Shown: piece by piece, positions 36,026 to 45,912 of the stretch
Layout: each line of letters starts with the position of its first letter
How positions within the stretch are numbered: the first letter of the stretch is position 1
From: Bacillota bacterium
GTDB taxonomy: Bacteria; Bacillota; Limnochordia; DTU087
Direction of reading: 5' to 3'
Assembly (NCBI GenBank): GCA_012519025.1
Contig: JAAYQZ010000032.1
Span: forward strand, 7-64,006
DNA length: 64,000 nt
Notes under the pieces: model-generated
Told to the model about the DNA's origin: nothing
Seen by the model: the letters and a program-made list of their open reading frames with translations, nothing else
Databases searched by the model: none
Made by a program: the position numbers and the translations under genes

Positions 36026-37840
36026 ATGGCCTATCAAATGGAGCATGAGCAGCATACAGCACCTGTTGACCGCGGTATGCTATTGCGGTTGGTTAGATAT
36101 CTGGGGCCGCATAAAAAGCAGCTGGCTGCAGCTGTTGCTTTAATGCTCGGTGTCTCAGCAACTACTTTGGCTATTCCTTATTTGAGTAAAATAGCAATTG
36201 ATAACTATATTAGTTCCGGCGATCTACGCGGTGTAGACAAGATTGCCCTTTCCATGGGCGCGCTCTTTGTTATCAGCTGGATTTTATCGTACAGAAGAAG
36301 TTTTGTGATGGCATCAATGGGACAAAGAATTATTTATACTATGCGCCAGGGTCTATATGAGCATCTGCAGCGTTTATCCTTGCGCTATTACGATAATATG
36401 CAGGTAGGTAGGCTGATTACTCGGCTCACCAGCGATATCGATGCATTGAATGAACTTCTAAGTGGGGGTGTCATCAACTTTATCAGCGATACAGTGACTC
36501 TGGTCGGCATTTTGGCAATCATGTTTACCATGAATGTCCGCCTGACTGCTTTGACTTTGGTTACTGTGCCATTCCTGCTTTATATGGTGACCGGTTTTCG
36601 GATGCGCATTTTTCTGGCGCAAAGACGGGTGCGTGAAAAAGTAGCCGTTGTCAACACCAGTCTGCAGGAGAACATTTCGGGGGTGCGGGTTACCCAGGCG
36701 TTTTCCCGAGAGGAAGAAAACTTGAAGCGCTTTGGAGTGCTCAACGAAGACAGTTACGATGCCGCCGTGAAGGCAGTTGGCATTTTCGCTTTCTTTTGGC
36801 CCATTATCGATTTGATTTCGGTCGCGGGCACAGTGATTGTGCTTTGGTTCGGCGGGCGTTGGCTTGTGCAGGGCGATCTCACTGTGGGAGAAATGGTGGC
36901 CTTTATCAGCTATACAGGACAATTCTTCGGGCCCCTTAGAAACCTGGGACAGCTGTTTCGGGTGATTCAAACCGCCATGGCCGGTGCAGAGCGGGTGTTT
37001 GGCATATTGGATACAGAGCCTGAGATTCAGGATAAGCCCGGGGCCGTGGAGCTGCCGACGATTCATGGACATGTGGAATTTGCAGGGGTTCATTTTGCCT
37101 ATGAAGGCGAAGATTATGTTCTGGAAGATATTGACCTTGATGTACAGCCCGGTGAAACAATTGCTTTTGTGGGACATACTGGAGCCGGCAAAACTTCAAT
37201 GATTAACATACTTTGCCGATTTTATGACATTCAAAAAGGCAGTATCAAGATAGATGGCCTCGATATTCGCGATGTTACTCAAAAATCCCTGCGTTCTCAA
37301 ATTGGGTTAGTTTTGCAGGAACCGTTTTTGTTTTCAGGCACTGTGCGGGAAAATTTGTTGTACGGTAATCCTTACGCCGGTGAAGAAGATATGTTGGAAG
37401 TTACAAAAGCCTTGGGAATCCATGACTTCATAGAGCGCCTCAGCGATGGATACGATACTGACGTACAGGAGCGGGGCAGCAAATTGTCCTTAGGCCAAAG
37501 GCAGTTGGTATCATTTGCAAGGGCTATTATCAATGATCCAAGGATTTTGGTATTGGATGAGGCCACTGCTAATATCGATACCCAAACAGAGCAAATTATC
37601 CAAACTGCACTTGAGCATATGCTAGCCGGCCGTACTTCGTTTGTCATTGCCCACAGGCTGACTACTATTCAAAAGGCCGATAAGATCGTTGTCATTGATC
37701 ACGGGCGCATCGTCGAAATGGGCACCCACGAGGAACTGTTGGAGCAAGATGGAGTTTACCACAGGCTGTATATGGTACAGTTTGCCCATGCTGTGGAATC
37801 CGAGAAAGCCCTAAGTTACGAGGCTGATAGCAAATCCTGA
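36026..37840 (+). CDS. ABC exporter, fused permease/ATPase (heterodimer partner 2)
   Basis: Walker A GHTGAGKTS, signature LSLGQRQL and Walker B ILVLDEAT. GGGGAG RBS. Confidence 0.9.
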   Translation: MAYQMEHEQHTAPVDRGMLLRLVRYLGPHKKQLAAAVALMLGVSATTLAIPYLSKIAIDNYISSGDLRGVDKIALSMGALFVISWILSYRRSFVMASMGQRIIYTMRQGLYEHLQRLSLRYYDNMQVGRLITRLTSDIDALNELLSGGVINFISDTVTLVGILAIMFTMNVRLTALTLVTVPFLLYMVTGFRMRIFLAQRRVREKVAVVNTSLQENISGVRVTQAFSREEENLKRFGVLNEDSYDAAVKAVGIFAFFWPIIDLISVAGTVIVLWFGGRWLVQGDLTVGEMVAFISYTGQFFGPLRNLGQLFRVIQTAMAGAERVFGILDTEPEIQDKPGAVELPTIHGHVEFAGVHFAYEGEDYVLEDIDLDVQPGETIAFVGHTGAGKTSMINILCRFYDIQKGSIKIDGLDIRDVTQKSLRSQIGLVLQEPFLFSGTVRENLLYGNPYAGEEDMLEVTKALGIHDFIERLSDGYDTDVQERGSKLSLGQRQLVSFARAIINDPRILVLDEATANIDTQTEQIIQTALEHMLAGRTSFVIAHRLTTIQKADKIVVIDHGRIVEMGTHEELLEQDGVYHRLYMVQFAHAVESEKALSYEADSKS

Positions 37841-39258
37841 ATCTGATTGCATCTTGCAAAAAACTCCACACCGTGTTTAAAAGCAGTAAGGCCGTAAAGC
37901 ATGGAGCTCCAATCTATTACCGAGGTGTGTTGGGGATACCAGGGTCTAGAATCCCGGGCATTGATTTGTAAACGGGTTAGACCATATCTGTAAGCACTTT
38001 GAAAACGGATGGAATCTACCGGATCCCGGGGTGCCCGGTGGGGTTTGTCATAGGGGATCAAAGTGTGGTAGATATCGTAAAGATCATACATCCCCTGGGG
38101 ATACACCGGCAGAAAGCCGGCTATAATGTATGGCGATGCTACAGACAAAGGATTGTTGCCAATCGCGTCGGGGTGGTAGTGCCCGGCCGGCGTTACGCCG
38201 GCTCCGTGGCCCCACACGAATGTAGGGGCATTGTGGCATTGGAGCCAATCCATTCGATCGGCATATGCGACATTGGCATATAGGTCTTGGTAAATGGGGC
38301 TTAAGGTGTACTCATGTACAAGGTAAAAGGGGAATTGATACACAAAAGATGAAGGAATGTTATCAGTTTCACAAATAATACGTCGTCCGGCTCCCACACA
38401 CTGCATCGGCAGTAGGTGGAGCTGGTCGGGGGCATAAATGTTTTCCCACAACTGTTGACCTGTTTGTGAACCTCGGGCCATATTGGCTAAAATTGAATAC
38501 TCATTATAAGGGGCGAGGGGGTTAAAACCTCGGCCTTTTCTTATTTCCAAGTATATATCGCCTGTAGTAGGGTTGGAGACTGCGGCTCCCCAGTCAACGG
38601 AATTGTATAACTGCATCGCCAGGCGGGCAATTTCGTCGTTTTTTTGGAAATAGCGCATTGCAAAAAGAGCTCCACTGACCAACAAAGCTGTATCTATAGT
38701 GGAGATCTCTGAGTCCCATCGGTGGGCGCCGTTCTCGGCATCGATGAAATGGGCGAAAAAACCGGTTCCCGGATCTTTGTGAGGCTTAATACCCGGTATA
38801 TCCCCCACCATAGCCTGCAAACTGTGAATAACTTGTGCTTCCGCATTTTGTTCCCAACCGTTGTAATCACCTATACATAAAGCGATCAATCCGACACCGG
38901 TTGCCGCAATGGAACTGGGCAAAGAACTCTGGCCGATGGCAACATAAGCATCATAATAAAGTCCGGATTCTGGGTGACGCATGTCTTTAACTAACTGGTA
39001 GGCACGTTGATACTGGCCGTCGAAAAAATCCTGCAAAGCCGCAGGCAGTGCTTCATAACGAGACATTACCTCAAAGGAGGATTTGCGGCGAGTTTGGCAC
39101 ACATAGGCTGCTCCTTTACTAGATGAAATAAAGCTACCTGCTCCTAAATTATTTATTGGCGCACAGTGTGGAAAATCCTTTAGAAGCAGCCCTAGTAACT
39201 CTTGGTCACAAACCCACTTTTGCCAGTGCAGTGGGAATTTGTTGTTTTTGGTTTGCAA
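37816..39258 (-). CDS. cytoplasmic protein of uncertain function, possibly (alpha/alpha)6-barrel glucoamylase/beta-1,2-glucanase-like
   Basis: 480-aa ORF. TTG 39258 lies 6 nt after GGAGG. SEISTIDTALLVSGALFAMRYF and SVDWGAA resemble blocks I associate with the putative-glucoamylase/DUF3131 fold. The product assignment is from memory only. Its 3' end overlaps the convergent ABC gene by 25 nt. Confidence 0.45.
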   Translation of the reverse strand: MQTKNNKFPLHWQKWVCDQELLGLLLKDFPHCAPINNLGAGSFISSSKGAAYVCQTRRKSSFEVMSRYEALPAALQDFFDGQYQRAYQLVKDMRHPESGLYYDAYVAIGQSSLPSSIAATGVGLIALCIGDYNGWEQNAEAQVIHSLQAMVGDIPGIKPHKDPGTGFFAHFIDAENGAHRWDSEISTIDTALLVSGALFAMRYFQKNDEIARLAMQLYNSVDWGAAVSNPTTGDIYLEIRKGRGFNPLAPYNEYSILANMARGSQTGQQLWENIYAPDQLHLLPMQCVGAGRRIICETDNIPSSFVYQFPFYLVHEYTLSPIYQDLYANVAYADRMDWLQCHNAPTFVWGHGAGVTPAGHYHPDAIGNNPLSVASPYIIAGFLPVYPQGMYDLYDIYHTLIPYDKPHRAPRDPVDSIRFQSAYRYGLTRLQINARDSRPWYPQHTSVIDWSSMLYGLTAFKHGVEFFARCNQIQDLLSAS

Positions 39259-40171
39259 GCTCTTCCTCCAGCAAGGGTCCCGGTTCAGGAAAACTCTGAG
39301 GTACTACAAGGTAGAGGGATTTAGGCCTAACATTGACCTCAATCGGTGTCATGCCTATGATTTCGCCATCAAACATTTTAGGAACGGGTTTTACCGTTTC
39401 AATGTGCACCTTCTTCGCGCGGTGGAGAGAAATGGCAGGGTGGCCAATATGTCGGCCTTTGTAAGCTTTAGGCAAAGTCGTCAAAAGATCCCAGCTGCTG
39501 ACCGGTCCGACCACCATGACATCCAGCAGCCCATCGGTAACATTTGCATGGGGTGCAAATCGAAAGCCACCTCCAACAGAGGGGGTGTTTAGGACGAAAA
39601 TACCACAGGTTTTGACAAACATGCTTTCACCATCAAGTTGAATTAAAGCGTCATATGCACGCAGGTTTTTCAAGGTTTGCCATACAGAACTCAAAATGGC
39701 AAATGAACCACCTAAAATGCGCCCTTTCCTATTCGTGTGGTCAATAACATCAACTGGAAAGCCGATTGCTGTTAGACATCCAAAAAGCCGTTCACGCTCT
39801 TGACCGATGTCCATGGCAATTACCTTACCTTGGGCGATGACAGCCGCCGCTTTTTCTGGTTGGAGAGGGATGGTAAGTGAACGGGCATGATCGTTGCCGG
39901 TGCCGCCGGGAATAATAGCCAAGCGGGTTTGGGTGTCGGCAATACCTTGAATTACTTCATTAACAGTGCCATCGCCACCTATGACCGTAATAAGCGGCAC
40001 TTGTTTTAGGACCGCTTGGTTTGCCATTTCTACGGCATGGCCCGGGCCTTCCGTAATACTAATATCCAAAGCCCAACCTGTGTTAGTAAGCACCTGTTTG
40101 GCCCGTCTAAGTACTTTCAGCGCTCTACCGCCCCCGGCTTTGGGGTTGACGATGACTTTCATAGCAAACAC
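39206..40171 (-). CDS. diacylglycerol/lipid kinase family protein (YegS/DagK-like)
   Basis: MKVIVNPKAGGGRA and GGDGTVNEV (DAGK catalytic-domain motif). The start is ambiguous between GTG 40171 and ATG 40162, and the ORF track extends to 40204. Confidence 0.8.
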   Translation of the reverse strand: MFAMKVIVNPKAGGGRALKVLRRAKQVLTNTGWALDISITEGPGHAVEMANQAVLKQVPLITVIGGDGTVNEVIQGIADTQTRLAIIPGGTGNDHARSLTIPLQPEKAAAVIAQGKVIAMDIGQERERLFGCLTAIGFPVDVIDHTNRKGRILGGSFAILSSVWQTLKNLRAYDALIQLDGESMFVKTCGIFVLNTPSVGGGFRFAPHANVTDGLLDVMVVGPVSSWDLLTTLPKAYKGRHIGHPAISLHRAKKVHIETVKPVPKMFDGEIIGMTPIEVNVRPKSLYLVVPQSFPEPGPLLEEELANQKQQIPTALAKVGL

Positions 40172-40361
40172 TGGTCCCACCTGCCTAAAGCATGAATGTG
40201 TCAAAACCGGTCAGTTTTCGTAATTGATATTTCCACGAAAAAGTATACATACCTCTTTCCGAATGTACAGGAGTTTCTTTAGTGGGCAGCGAATAGAAAA
40301 CCAGCTTGCAATAAGTAGCATACCGGACATATTATTACATTTTCGGAAAGGAGTGAAGTTG

Positions 40362-40814
40362 GTGCGTAAAGCGGTTTGGATTGTCATGGTTGTTTTGCTT
40401 GTCGTGGCGGTGGCCGGTACGGTTTTGGCTCAAGAAACAGATGACTACAAATTGAATGTCCAATTGGATCTTGAAAAAGTAGACAAGCCGGTCACGTTGT
40501 TTGGCGATATAGCGGCATCGACGAAAGGTTTCAAGCTGGGACTGCGCTACAAAGTTGTCCCTGATGTCTTTGTTGCTATGCATATGGGGCTTAAAGAGGA
40601 TCGGCCTCTTGATTTGGAAGTAGTATACCGGGCCCATACGGGTATGGACTTCATAAGAGTATATGGAGGCATTGGCGTTAATTTAAACAATGCTCTATTT
40701 GGTGGGTACTTAATCGGCGGAGTTGAAGCAGCTGTGTTGTTTTTAGAACTCTCGTATTTAACCGGTGAGAGCAGTCTTCAAGGTTGGGGTGGGCTGAGGC
40801 TGCCTATTTTTTAG
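40362..40814 (+). CDS. small secreted protein of unknown function with beta-strand periodicity and C-terminal Phe
   Basis: GTG 40362 lies 8 nt after AAAGGAG. Signal peptide VRKAVWIVMVVLLVVAVAGTVLA/QE. The mature ~125 aa shows alternating hydrophobic patterns (FKLGLRYKV, VFVAMHMGL, LEVVYRA, IRVYGGIGVNL) and ends ...GWGGLRLPIF. Confidence 0.5.
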   Translation: MRKAVWIVMVVLLVVAVAGTVLAQETDDYKLNVQLDLEKVDKPVTLFGDIAASTKGFKLGLRYKVVPDVFVAMHMGLKEDRPLDLEVVYRAHTGMDFIRVYGGIGVNLNNALFGGYLIGGVEAAVLFLELSYLTGESSLQGWGGLRLPIF

Positions 40815-40839
40815 CAAATTTAAGTTGACAGTGTCTAAG

Positions 40840-40861
40840 GGCCTCCATATGAGGCCTTTTT
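40840..40861 (+). terminator. rho-independent terminator
   Basis: GGCCTC-catat-GAGGCC stem-loop followed by TTTTT. Confidence 0.8.
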
Positions 40862-40992
40862 GATATTTTGTTATAAAAGTTTATGGCTGTACGGCCTCTA
40901 TACAGCGGAACGGATTAACCCGAAATGCGGCAGGATGGTAGAGGGTGTTTGGCGAACTAGCAAATAATGGTATATAGTTTATACAGTATAGT

Positions 40993-41021
40993 TAAAGAAC
41001 CCAAGTTTATCTGCCGAATAT
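40993..41021 (+). promoter_or_regulatory. sigma-D (sigma-28)-type promoter upstream of the che/fli operon
   Basis: TAAA (40993-40996), a 16-nt spacer, then GCCGAATAT (41013-41021). The Bacillus SigD consensus is TAAA-N15-GCCGATAT. Confidence 0.45.
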
Positions 41022-41078
41022 AACATTGAGGTCGCAACATAAAAGCATGTGTTACTTAAACAGGAGGTGTACTGTAAA

Positions 41079-41588
41079 TTGGAGGAAACAGCCAGAAAGG
41101 TAGACGAAGAAAGGCAGTTAGTTGTCTTTAGTCTTTATGGTGAAGAATTCGGTTTGGAAATTACCAAAGTAAGAGAGATTGTCAAACCGCGGGAGATTAC
41201 CAAACTGCCCAATGTGGTGGATTTCGTCGAGGGAGTTACTAACTTGCGTGGTGAGGTTATACCGATAATTGATCTTAAGAAACGATTCGGTGTTCAGGCA
41301 ACGGAAATGACCGATGATTCCCGCATCATTAATGTTGATATAAGCAACAATCAAGTTGGTCTAGTTGTTGATGATGTGACTGAGGTTTTGCGGATCGCTC
41401 AAGGTGATATTGATCCACCACCCCGTACAATAGCAGGTTTGAAAGCCGAGTATATTCAGGGCATAGGCAAGATCGAAGAAAGGCTTTTGATCTTGTTGGA
41501 TGTGGACAAGATTCTAAGTTCTGAAGAGCAAATTGAACTGCAGGCAGAAGTATTGTCCGAGGAATTGGCCGGCACAGCCAACGCATAA
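41079..41588 (+). CDS. cheW: chemotaxis coupling protein CheW
   Basis: CheW-like domain: LVVFSLYGEEFGLEITKVREI, VTNLRGEVIPIIDL and GLVVDDVTEV. TTG 41079 lies 9 nt after GGAGGTG. Confidence 0.85.
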   Translation: MEETARKVDEERQLVVFSLYGEEFGLEITKVREIVKPREITKLPNVVDFVEGVTNLRGEVIPIIDLKKRFGVQATEMTDDSRIINVDISNNQVGLVVDDVTEVLRIAQGDIDPPPRTIAGLKAEYIQGIGKIEERLLILLDVDKILSSEEQIELQAEVLSEELAGTANA

Positions 41589-41644
41589 TGTAGTGCACCA
41601 ACCTTCGGCAGTTTGGCTTCCCAGACCCGGGGGTACATAAGGGG

Positions 41645-42637
41645 GTGGGGCAACTGGATGATATCCTCAGTCAGCAAGAAATCGATGAATTAATCAACCA
41701 GGTAGCAGGTCAAGTCCAGGAAGATGAAGTTTCGGATGAAGTGGCTGTTTACGATTTTAAACGGCCCCATAGATTTTCGAAGGAACGGGTGCGGGCTTTA
41801 CACAGAATCCATGAGCAGTTTGCCAGAGAGTTTTCCGGTATGATCTCAGCAAAGCTGCGTTCAAGGGTAGAGCTTACTGTACAATCCATAGAACAGCTCA
41901 CCTTTGGAGAATTTATCCGCTCAGTCCCCAACCCATCGGTAATTATTTTATCTGATATGCAGCCGTTGGAAGGCAGCCTGATCATGCAGCTCAGTCCGGA
42001 TATATCCTTTCTTTTGTATGATCGACTGTGCGGCGGACCGGGAATGGCCTTAGAACGGCCGCGGGAACTTACTGACATAGAGTTAGCCGTGTTGACCAAC
42101 CAATTATTTGAACCCATGGTTGACAATTTTGCAAACGCATGGTCGGACTTTATGGAGCTGACTGTTACTTTGCAGTCTATTGAAAGCAATCCCCAGTTTC
42201 TCCAGGTGATGCAGGAGCGGGAAACCGTCATATTGATTTCTTTGGCTTTGGGTGTTGGCAAGGCCCAGGATTTTGTCAATATTTGCATCAGTTATTCAGC
42301 TTTGGAGCCGGTGCTTAAAAAACTTACGTCCCTGAGCCTATTTGGGTCTTTGCGGCGGCGGCCCGGAACTGCAGACAGTCGCAACCTACAGGCCAAAGTC
42401 AAAGAGACTCCGATTACCGTCAACGTAGAACTGGGAACAACTGTTGTAACAGTGGCGGACCTGCTCAATCTGCAGGTAGGTGACGTAATCAGTCTTGATC
42501 GCAAACAGCACGAAAATTTGGAGGTGCATGTAGGGGATCTTGGGAAATTTTTGGCATCCCCGGGCAAACTCGGAGATAAATTAGGGATCGTGATCACGGC
42601 TGTGCGCTCCCAGGAAAGGAGCGAATTTGATGGATGA
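41645..42637 (+). CDS. fliM: flagellar motor switch protein FliM
   Basis: N-terminal LSQQEIDELI (CheY-P binding-type peptide), a middle CheC-like fold, and a C-terminal SpoA/FliN-like segment LNLQVGDVISLD. Confidence 0.9.
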   Translation: MGQLDDILSQQEIDELINQVAGQVQEDEVSDEVAVYDFKRPHRFSKERVRALHRIHEQFAREFSGMISAKLRSRVELTVQSIEQLTFGEFIRSVPNPSVIILSDMQPLEGSLIMQLSPDISFLLYDRLCGGPGMALERPRELTDIELAVLTNQLFEPMVDNFANAWSDFMELTVTLQSIESNPQFLQVMQERETVILISLALGVGKAQDFVNICISYSALEPVLKKLTSLSLFGSLRRRPGTADSRNLQAKVKETPITVNVELGTTVVTVADLLNLQVGDVISLDRKQHENLEVHVGDLGKFLASPGKLGDKLGIVITAVRSQERSEFDG

Positions 42638-43805
42638 GTTTCTAAGTCAAGAAGAAATTGATGCACTGCTTGGGGGCAATGATGACACTGCAGCCGATGA
42701 GGATGCGGGTCAAGATGAGCCTGATGGTGAGTTAGGAGAAGCAGAAGAACCCCACTTAACAGAGATGGAACAGGATGCATTGGCCGAAGCCGGCAATGTC
42801 TCCATGGGTGCGGCGGCAACGGCTCTTTCTACTTTGCTGAACCACAAGGTGTCAATTACTGTTCCCGAAGTGGTTATGACCAGCCGAAAAAGTGTACGGG
42901 AGCGTTATCCTATTCCGTGTGTAGTTATAAATGTTGAATATACTGAAGGGCTTGCCGGCAACAACCTGCTTGTTATGAAGGAATCAGACGCCGGAGTGAT
43001 TGCCAGTCTTATGCTAGGTGAAGATGGATCCAGCCCGCCGGAGTCCTTGACAGAGCTGCATGTCAGCGCGGTGAGCGAGGCCATGAATATGATGATGGGT
43101 TCTTCGGCAACTGCCATGAGCGATATGTTTGGCAGCCGTATAGATATATCTCCCCCTCGAGTGGAGCAGTTGGATTTGACAGAAGGCAGTGAACAGCTGC
43201 CTATTGCAGAACCCGTAGTGCAGGTGGCTTTTCGCATTCAAGTGGAGGACCTTTTGGATAGCGAAATGCTGCAGCTCATTGAACTGGATTTTGCTAAAGA
43301 CATGGTGCGCAGACTTATGGAAGCCATTGGATACAGTGATAGCGAGGATGCGGCACCGCCTGTGGAAGATGAGTTGGCCGAAGCCCCGGTTGAAACTTTT
43401 TCAGAAGATTTGGTAATGGGGCAAGAAGCAGCGGCAGTTTGGGAAGAGCCCCAGCCCGCGTCAGAATCCCCGGCACCAGAGCCTTTCTCGTGGAGAGACA
43501 TGGCACCTGAACCCGAAATAGGGGTAAGCCTGGGTGAGCTCGGCAATCTCAACATTGCCTTGATTCAAAACATCCCGGTTAGAGTTCGGGCTATTTTGGG
43601 GCGCAGCCGCCTGCCTATCGAGACAATATTGCGTTTGGGTCCCGGCTCCATCGTGGAGCTGGATACGTTAGACGGGGAGCCCATAGAAATATTAGCCAAT
43701 GACACTCTCATCGCAAAAGGTGAAGTTGTGGTGGTAGGGGAGCAGTTTGGTGTGCGCATTACAGAAATTGCGACACCCCAAGAACGCATTTCCTCTGTTC
43801 GGTAA
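42627..43805 (+). CDS. fliY: flagellar motor switch phosphatase FliY (CheC-like + FliN domains)
   Basis: LSQEEIDALLGG at the N-terminus. CheC-like EAGNVSMGAAATALS and SEAMNMMMGSSATAMS. C-terminal FliN segment IPVRVRAILGRSRLPIETILRLGPGSIVELD. Confidence 0.85.
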   Translation: MMDEFLSQEEIDALLGGNDDTAADEDAGQDEPDGELGEAEEPHLTEMEQDALAEAGNVSMGAAATALSTLLNHKVSITVPEVVMTSRKSVRERYPIPCVVINVEYTEGLAGNNLLVMKESDAGVIASLMLGEDGSSPPESLTELHVSAVSEAMNMMMGSSATAMSDMFGSRIDISPPRVEQLDLTEGSEQLPIAEPVVQVAFRIQVEDLLDSEMLQLIELDFAKDMVRRLMEAIGYSDSEDAAPPVEDELAEAPVETFSEDLVMGQEAAAVWEEPQPASESPAPEPFSWRDMAPEPEIGVSLGELGNLNIALIQNIPVRVRAILGRSRLPIETILRLGPGSIVELDTLDGEPIEILANDTLIAKGEVVVVGEQFGVRITEIATPQERISSVR

Positions 43806-43836
43806 TTTCATGGGGCCCCGAGGAGGCATCTGATTT

Positions 43837-45879
43837 ATGGATTTTTCGGAATACAAGGATGTTTTTGCTGCCGAAGCAAGGGAATATATACAATCTTTGA
43901 ATGAAAACTTGTTGGAGTTTGAACAAAACCCCCAGGACGCCCAGCTCATTGCAGAAATGTTTAGAGCAGCTCATTCTTTAAAGGGCATGGCCGGTACCAT
44001 GGGGTACAACAAACTGGCGGATTTAACGCATTACATGGAGAATTTACTCGATGCCCTCCGGGATGGCTTGCTTGGGGTCACTGAGGAACTAATTAATACG
44101 TTGTTTGCTTCAGTGGATATACTGGAGGTCATGCTCGATGAAGTGATTGCAACAGATGGGATTGTGACAGATACAACTCTCATTAAGGAGCAGCTGATCA
44201 GGATCCTTGATGAAGATGCTTCCAGCGAAACCCCTAAGTTGTCTCGGCCGATGGACCTACAGCAAGGTGCAGTGGAACTGCCTTTAAATGAATATGATCG
44301 AGAATTGATCAAAGAAGCTGTTGCTAAAGACTTTCGGCCATTTGCAGTGACCATCGTGCTCAGGGACGATGTTCTAATGAAATCAGTGCGGGCTTATACC
44401 GTGTTTCAAGCATTGGAACGATTGGGTACGATCGCAAAATCCGTCCCATCGGCGGAAGATCTCGATGAAGAGAGATTTGACGATAGATTCACGGTTTTGT
44501 TTTTCACTCATTATTCCCCTGAGGAAATTCGGGACGTTGCTTTGGGGGTCCCTGAAGTCATTGAAGCCGATGTTAATGACGTATCCTTAGAAAGAACAGG
44601 CCCTCTGCCTATTGGCGAACATACGGAGGGCGAAGAGGACAAGACCGCGAGAGTGGACGTGTCAAGTTTGGTTGCGGCCGCGGCCGGAAAGAGTGCGACT
44701 ACGGAACGAGCTGCAGAGCGGTTTGTACGGGTAGAAACCGAAAGACTTGATGAGCTCAACAACCTGGTAGGTGAATTAGTGATCAGCCGGACTCAAGTTG
44801 CCGAGGTGGCCAGACATTTAGATGGAACCCATGCTCGGGCAGCTGTAGCGCAATTGGATCGAGTCACGACAGAGCTTCAATACGCTGCAATGAAACTGAG
44901 GATGGTGCCAGTCAAACAGGTGTTTGATCGATTCCCCCGTATGGTGCGGGATTTGGCCAAAAATGCGGCTAAGACTATCAACCTGCAGGTGGTTGGAGAA
45001 GAAACCGAATTGGACCGCTCTTTGATGAACCAAATCGGCGATCCTTTAGTGCATTTAATCCGCAACTCTGTTGATCACGGTTTGGAGACAGCTGAAGTCC
45101 GGCGTGAACAGGGTAAAGCCCCCGCAGGCAACATTAGGTTGGAGGCAAGACATGAAGGCAGTCACGTTGTGATTGAAATCGCCGATGATGGGCGGGGTAT
45201 CGATCCGGACAAGATCAAACAAAAAGCCGTGGAAAACGGCATGATCACTGAAGAAGAAGCAGCCAAACTATCGGATTCAGAAGCTCAAGCCCTCATTTTC
45301 CAGGCGGGATTCAGTACCACCGAGGAGATTACTGATGTATCGGGTCGCGGAGTTGGTATGGACGCTGTGCGCGCGGCATTAGACAGCATGAACGGGTCTG
45401 TGGAGATTGAAAGTGAAGTTGGCAAAGGCACAACTGTTGCACTAAGACTTCCTTTGACTCTTGCCATCATTAGAGCGCTGCTGGTGCAGGCAGGTCGGGA
45501 AACGTGTGCTATCCCTATCCAGTCTGTGCGAGAAAATTTGAGAGTTGAACCTAAAGCTATAAAGACTATCCACGGGGAACGGGTTATCACCTTGCGCAAT
45601 GAGGTGCTGCCTATTCTCGATTTACCTCAACTACTGGGCTTTGAGGCTTCAAAACACCAAGGCGATTTGCCGATCATAGTGGTGGAGGGTGGCTCAGCTA
45701 AGGCCGGGCTGATTATCGATGAATTATTGGGTCAGCAAGAAGTTGTTATCAAATCTTTGAGCTCAATGTTAGGTGATATTCAAGGCGTGGCCGGGGCTAC
45801 CGTGTTGGGTGATGGAACAGTAGCTCTGATTCTTGACATTTCCGCGGTTTTACACGAACTATCCGCTGATCATAGATAA
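43837..45879 (+). CDS. cheA: chemotaxis histidine kinase CheA
   Basis: Hpt motif HSLKGMAGTMG, a dimerisation segment, HATPase motifs (HLIRNSVDHG, DDGRGID, GRGVGMD) and a C-terminal CheW-like domain. Confidence 0.95.
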   Translation: MDFSEYKDVFAAEAREYIQSLNENLLEFEQNPQDAQLIAEMFRAAHSLKGMAGTMGYNKLADLTHYMENLLDALRDGLLGVTEELINTLFASVDILEVMLDEVIATDGIVTDTTLIKEQLIRILDEDASSETPKLSRPMDLQQGAVELPLNEYDRELIKEAVAKDFRPFAVTIVLRDDVLMKSVRAYTVFQALERLGTIAKSVPSAEDLDEERFDDRFTVLFFTHYSPEEIRDVALGVPEVIEADVNDVSLERTGPLPIGEHTEGEEDKTARVDVSSLVAAAAGKSATTERAAERFVRVETERLDELNNLVGELVISRTQVAEVARHLDGTHARAAVAQLDRVTTELQYAAMKLRMVPVKQVFDRFPRMVRDLAKNAAKTINLQVVGEETELDRSLMNQIGDPLVHLIRNSVDHGLETAEVRREQGKAPAGNIRLEARHEGSHVVIEIADDGRGIDPDKIKQKAVENGMITEEEAAKLSDSEAQALIFQAGFSTTEEITDVSGRGVGMDAVRAALDSMNGSVEIESEVGKGTTVALRLPLTLAIIRALLVQAGRETCAIPIQSVRENLRVEPKAIKTIHGERVITLRNEVLPILDLPQLLGFEASKHQGDLPIIVVEGGSAKAGLIIDELLGQQEVVIKSLSSMLGDIQGVAGATVLGDGTVALILDISAVLHELSADHR

Positions 45880-45912
45880 TTCATGGTATAGTGACATAAC
45901 GGAGGGAAAGTA

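Noticed and set aside
36458-37177. 239-aa minus-strand ORF (the longest antisense ORF) inside the second ABC exporter gene
   Set aside because: The sense strand encodes an unambiguous ABC permease/ATPase. The antisense product is His/Gly/Pro/Cys-rich, with no motif and no RBS.
41749-42819. Two consecutive ~175-aa minus-strand ORFs opposite fliM and fliY
   Set aside because: They are antisense to conserved flagellar switch genes. The sequences are low in complexity (Ser/Pro/His/Leu runs) and no independent signals are present.
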